Shown in pieces: positions 61,010 to 64,000 of a DNA stretch of 64,000 nucleotides. The notes under the pieces are model-generated. The model was not told the origin of the DNA. It saw nothing but the letters and a program-made list of their open reading frames with translations, and ran no database searches. Source of the DNA: the human T2T-CHM13v2.0 reference genome, Homo sapiens. The translations under genes were made by a program, and so were the position numbers. The number at the start of each line of letters is the position of its first letter. The first letter of the stretch is position 1. The stretch is from NCBI RefSeq assembly GCF_009914755.1, contig NC_060947.1. One strand, written 5' to 3'.

Positions 61010-63008
61010 ATTATTAAATGACTTTAGGTAGTTTTCTTTTAGTTAAATCTGCTCATTGTTCTATAACCTCTTTGAACTTGGGTATTGATATTTTCCTCTA
61101 GGTTTGAAAAATTCTCTGATATTATTTCTTTTTATAAGCTTTCTTCTGCTATCTCTTTCTTTACATCCTCTTTAAGGCCAATAATGCTTAGATTTATTCT
61201 TTTGAGGCTGTTTTCTAGATCTGGTATGCATGCCTCATTCTTTTTTAATTTTTAATTTTTAATTTTTGTCTTTTCTGTGTATTTTCAAATACACTTTCTT
61301 CAAGCTCACTAATTATTTCCTTTGCTAGATCAGTTCTGCTATTAAGAGACTCTGCTGCATTCCTCAGCATATCAGTTTTATTTCTCAATGCTAGAATATT
61401 TGCTTGATTCTTTTTAATTATTTTAATCCGTTTGCTACATTTATCTGATAGAATGCTGAATTCCTTCTCTGTATTTTCTTAAATTTTGTTGAGTTTCCTC
61501 CATATAGCTATTTTGAGCTCTTTGTCTGAAGAGTAACATATCTCTCTTTCTACGTAATTGACTCCTGGTTTCATATTTAGTTTGTTTGGTGAGGTCAGGT
61601 TTTTCTATCTGCTCTTGATGCTTGTATGTGTTCATCAGTGTCTGGGTATTGAAGAGTTCAAAATTCACTGTAGTGTTTGTAATCTGGATTTTGCAATCTG
61701 TGCCTGTCTTTCTTGGGTAGGCTTTCCAGGTATTTGAAGAAACTTGGAAACCAAGCACAGTGATGCTGTGTTTCTTGCAGATTCCTAGAGGTACCACCTT
61801 GATGTTCTTGGATAAGATAAAAAAAATTGAATTATTTGGCAGAAACTCTTGTTCGTTTTCTTTATTTCTTTTCCAAACAAAGTCTCTCTCTTTGTGCTGA
61901 GCTGCCTGGAGCTGAGGGTGATGTGATGAAAGCAGTCCCGTGGCCACCACCACTGGAATTGAATTGGGCCAAACCTGAAGACAGCACATCACTGAGTCTC
62001 ACCCAAGGTCCACTGTAACCACCACCTGGCTACCACCTATGTTTGCTCAAGGCCCTAGGGCTCTACAATCATTAGTTGGCAAAGGCTGCCAGGTTGTGTT
62101 TTTCCCTTCAGGGTACTAAGTTTATTCTGGCCCCAAGCAGGTCCAGAGATGCTGCCTGTAAGCAAGGGACTGAAATAAAACATCTTAGTATTCTATTCCA
62201 CTGCAGCTGTGCTGGCACTCAAACACAAGACGAAGCCTTGCCTGCTCCTTTTCTCCCCTTTCCACAGGTAGAAGAGCCTCTCCTATGGACCTCACCAACA
62301 TTGTCCCAGAGAAAGTTCTGCCCCACCACTGCCAATGTTCAATTATGGTCCAAGGGCTCTTCAATCAGCTTGTGTTGAACACTGCTAAGCCTGAGACTCA
62401 CTTTTCAGGGCAATGGTCTCCCCTCTGGCCCCGGGCAGGCTCATAAATGCCATCCAAGAGCCTAATCCTGAACTCAGGGACTCTAAGAGCCCACTTGGTG
62501 CTCTATCACATTGTGGGTGAGCTGGTACCTGACACCAACACGTCTCAGAGTTTCACCCAAAGCCCATGGTGTACTACCTAGATATTGCTATTGGTAATTC
62601 AGAGTCCAAGGGCTTTTCAGTTAGCAGGTAATGCAAGTTGCCAGGACTGGGTCCTTCTTTTTATGGTCCTTCTTTTTATGGCAGTCGGTTCTGTTTTGCC
62701 CTAGGGTGTGTCTAAAAATGTCATTTGGGAGTTAGGGCCTGGAATGGGAGCATCAAGGCTCTTACAGTTGTCTTACCTTACTGTGGCTCAACTGAACTGG
62801 TAGATGCAAAGCAAAGTTATCTTTACTAATTTCTCTCCATTCTTGAAGCAGAAATAGAGTCATTTTCATTACTGTTAACTGCATTGTCTGAGGTTGGAGG
62901 AGTGGTGGCTCAAGCACTCACCCAGTGGTTCTGTCTTGTGTCTCACTAGGTCACACGCCACCTCAGTCCAGCAGTTCTAAGCCCAGAATAGCATCAGGAG
63001 TTTTTTAA

Positions 63009-63335
<327 letters not shown>

Positions 63336-63344
63336 GCAATAGAT

Positions 63345-63925
63345 AGATTTTAAATGCATGCCTCTCTTTCTCCCTCCTCCCTCTAGTAGTCTGCAGTGTT
63401 TATTGTTGTCATCTTTATTTTTATGTGTACTCAATGTTTACCTTCCACCCATAAATGAGAACATGCACTATTTGGTCTTCTCTTTCTGTGTTAATTATCT
63501 TAAGATAATGGCCGCTGGGTGCATCCATTTTGCTACAAAGGACATAATTTCATTTTGTTATGGTTGTGTAGTCTTCCATGGTGTATATATGCAATATTTT
63601 CTTTACATAATCCATCATTGATGGAAACATAGGTTGATTTTATGTCTTTGCTGTTGTGCATAGCTCTGCAGTAAAAATACTAGTGCATGTGTCTCTTTAT
63701 TAGAATAATTTATATCCGTTTGGATAAATACCCAGTAATGAGATTACTGGGTCAAATAGTAGCTGTGTTTTATGTCATCTGAGAAAACTTTAAACTCCTT
63801 TTCACAGTTGTTGAACTAATTTACATTCCTAACAATAGTGCATAAGCATTATCTTTTTTCTGCAGCCTCAGCAGCATCTGTTACTTTTTGATTTTTTAAT
63901 AATAGTCATTCTGACTGGCACGAGT
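63345..63925 (-). mobile_element. L1PA15/16-L1PB-like 3' region
   Basis: TGAGAACATGCACTATTTGG...TTAAGATAATGGCC...CATCCAT...GGATAAATACCCAGTAATGAGATTACTGGGTCAAAT. Confidence 0.8.
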
Positions 63926-63927
63926 TG

Positions 63928-64000
63928 TGATATGGTTTGGATTTGTGTCTCTGTCCAAATGTCATGTCAAATTGTAATCCCCCATGTGGAGGTGGAGCCT
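63928..64000 (+). mobile_element. Start of an MST-family LTR (truncated by the window edge)
   Basis: TGATATGGTTTGGATTTGTGTC...CCAAATGTCATGTCAAATTGTAATCCCC. Confidence 0.8.

Noticed and set aside
61441-61992. 183-aa minus-strand ORF
   Set aside because: Mostly off-frame translation of the decayed L1 5' UTR/ORF1 region.

Overview
AT-rich primate (human-like) genomic DNA with no intact protein-coding gene, RNA gene or CRISPR array. Most of it is interspersed repeat: five two-LTR MaLR (THE1/MST) proviruses plus partial ones, many ERV1 solo LTRs, L1 fragments of several ages including a long nested L1MA, two Tigger3 copies, several Alus (one AluYa5), MIRs and microsatellites. The only gene-derived sequence I can identify is a minus-strand processed pseudogene of PAICS (~19637-22785). 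About 79 of its codons are replaced by a 1.9-kb internal L1 ORF2 fragment with no poly(A) or TSD, and the right junction carries a fold-back hairpin and a 28-bp filler identical to sequence 2 kb away, which resembles a complex double-strand-break repair scar. I see no evidence for a new multi-gene system. Subfamily names come from recalled consensus sequences, not from a database run.
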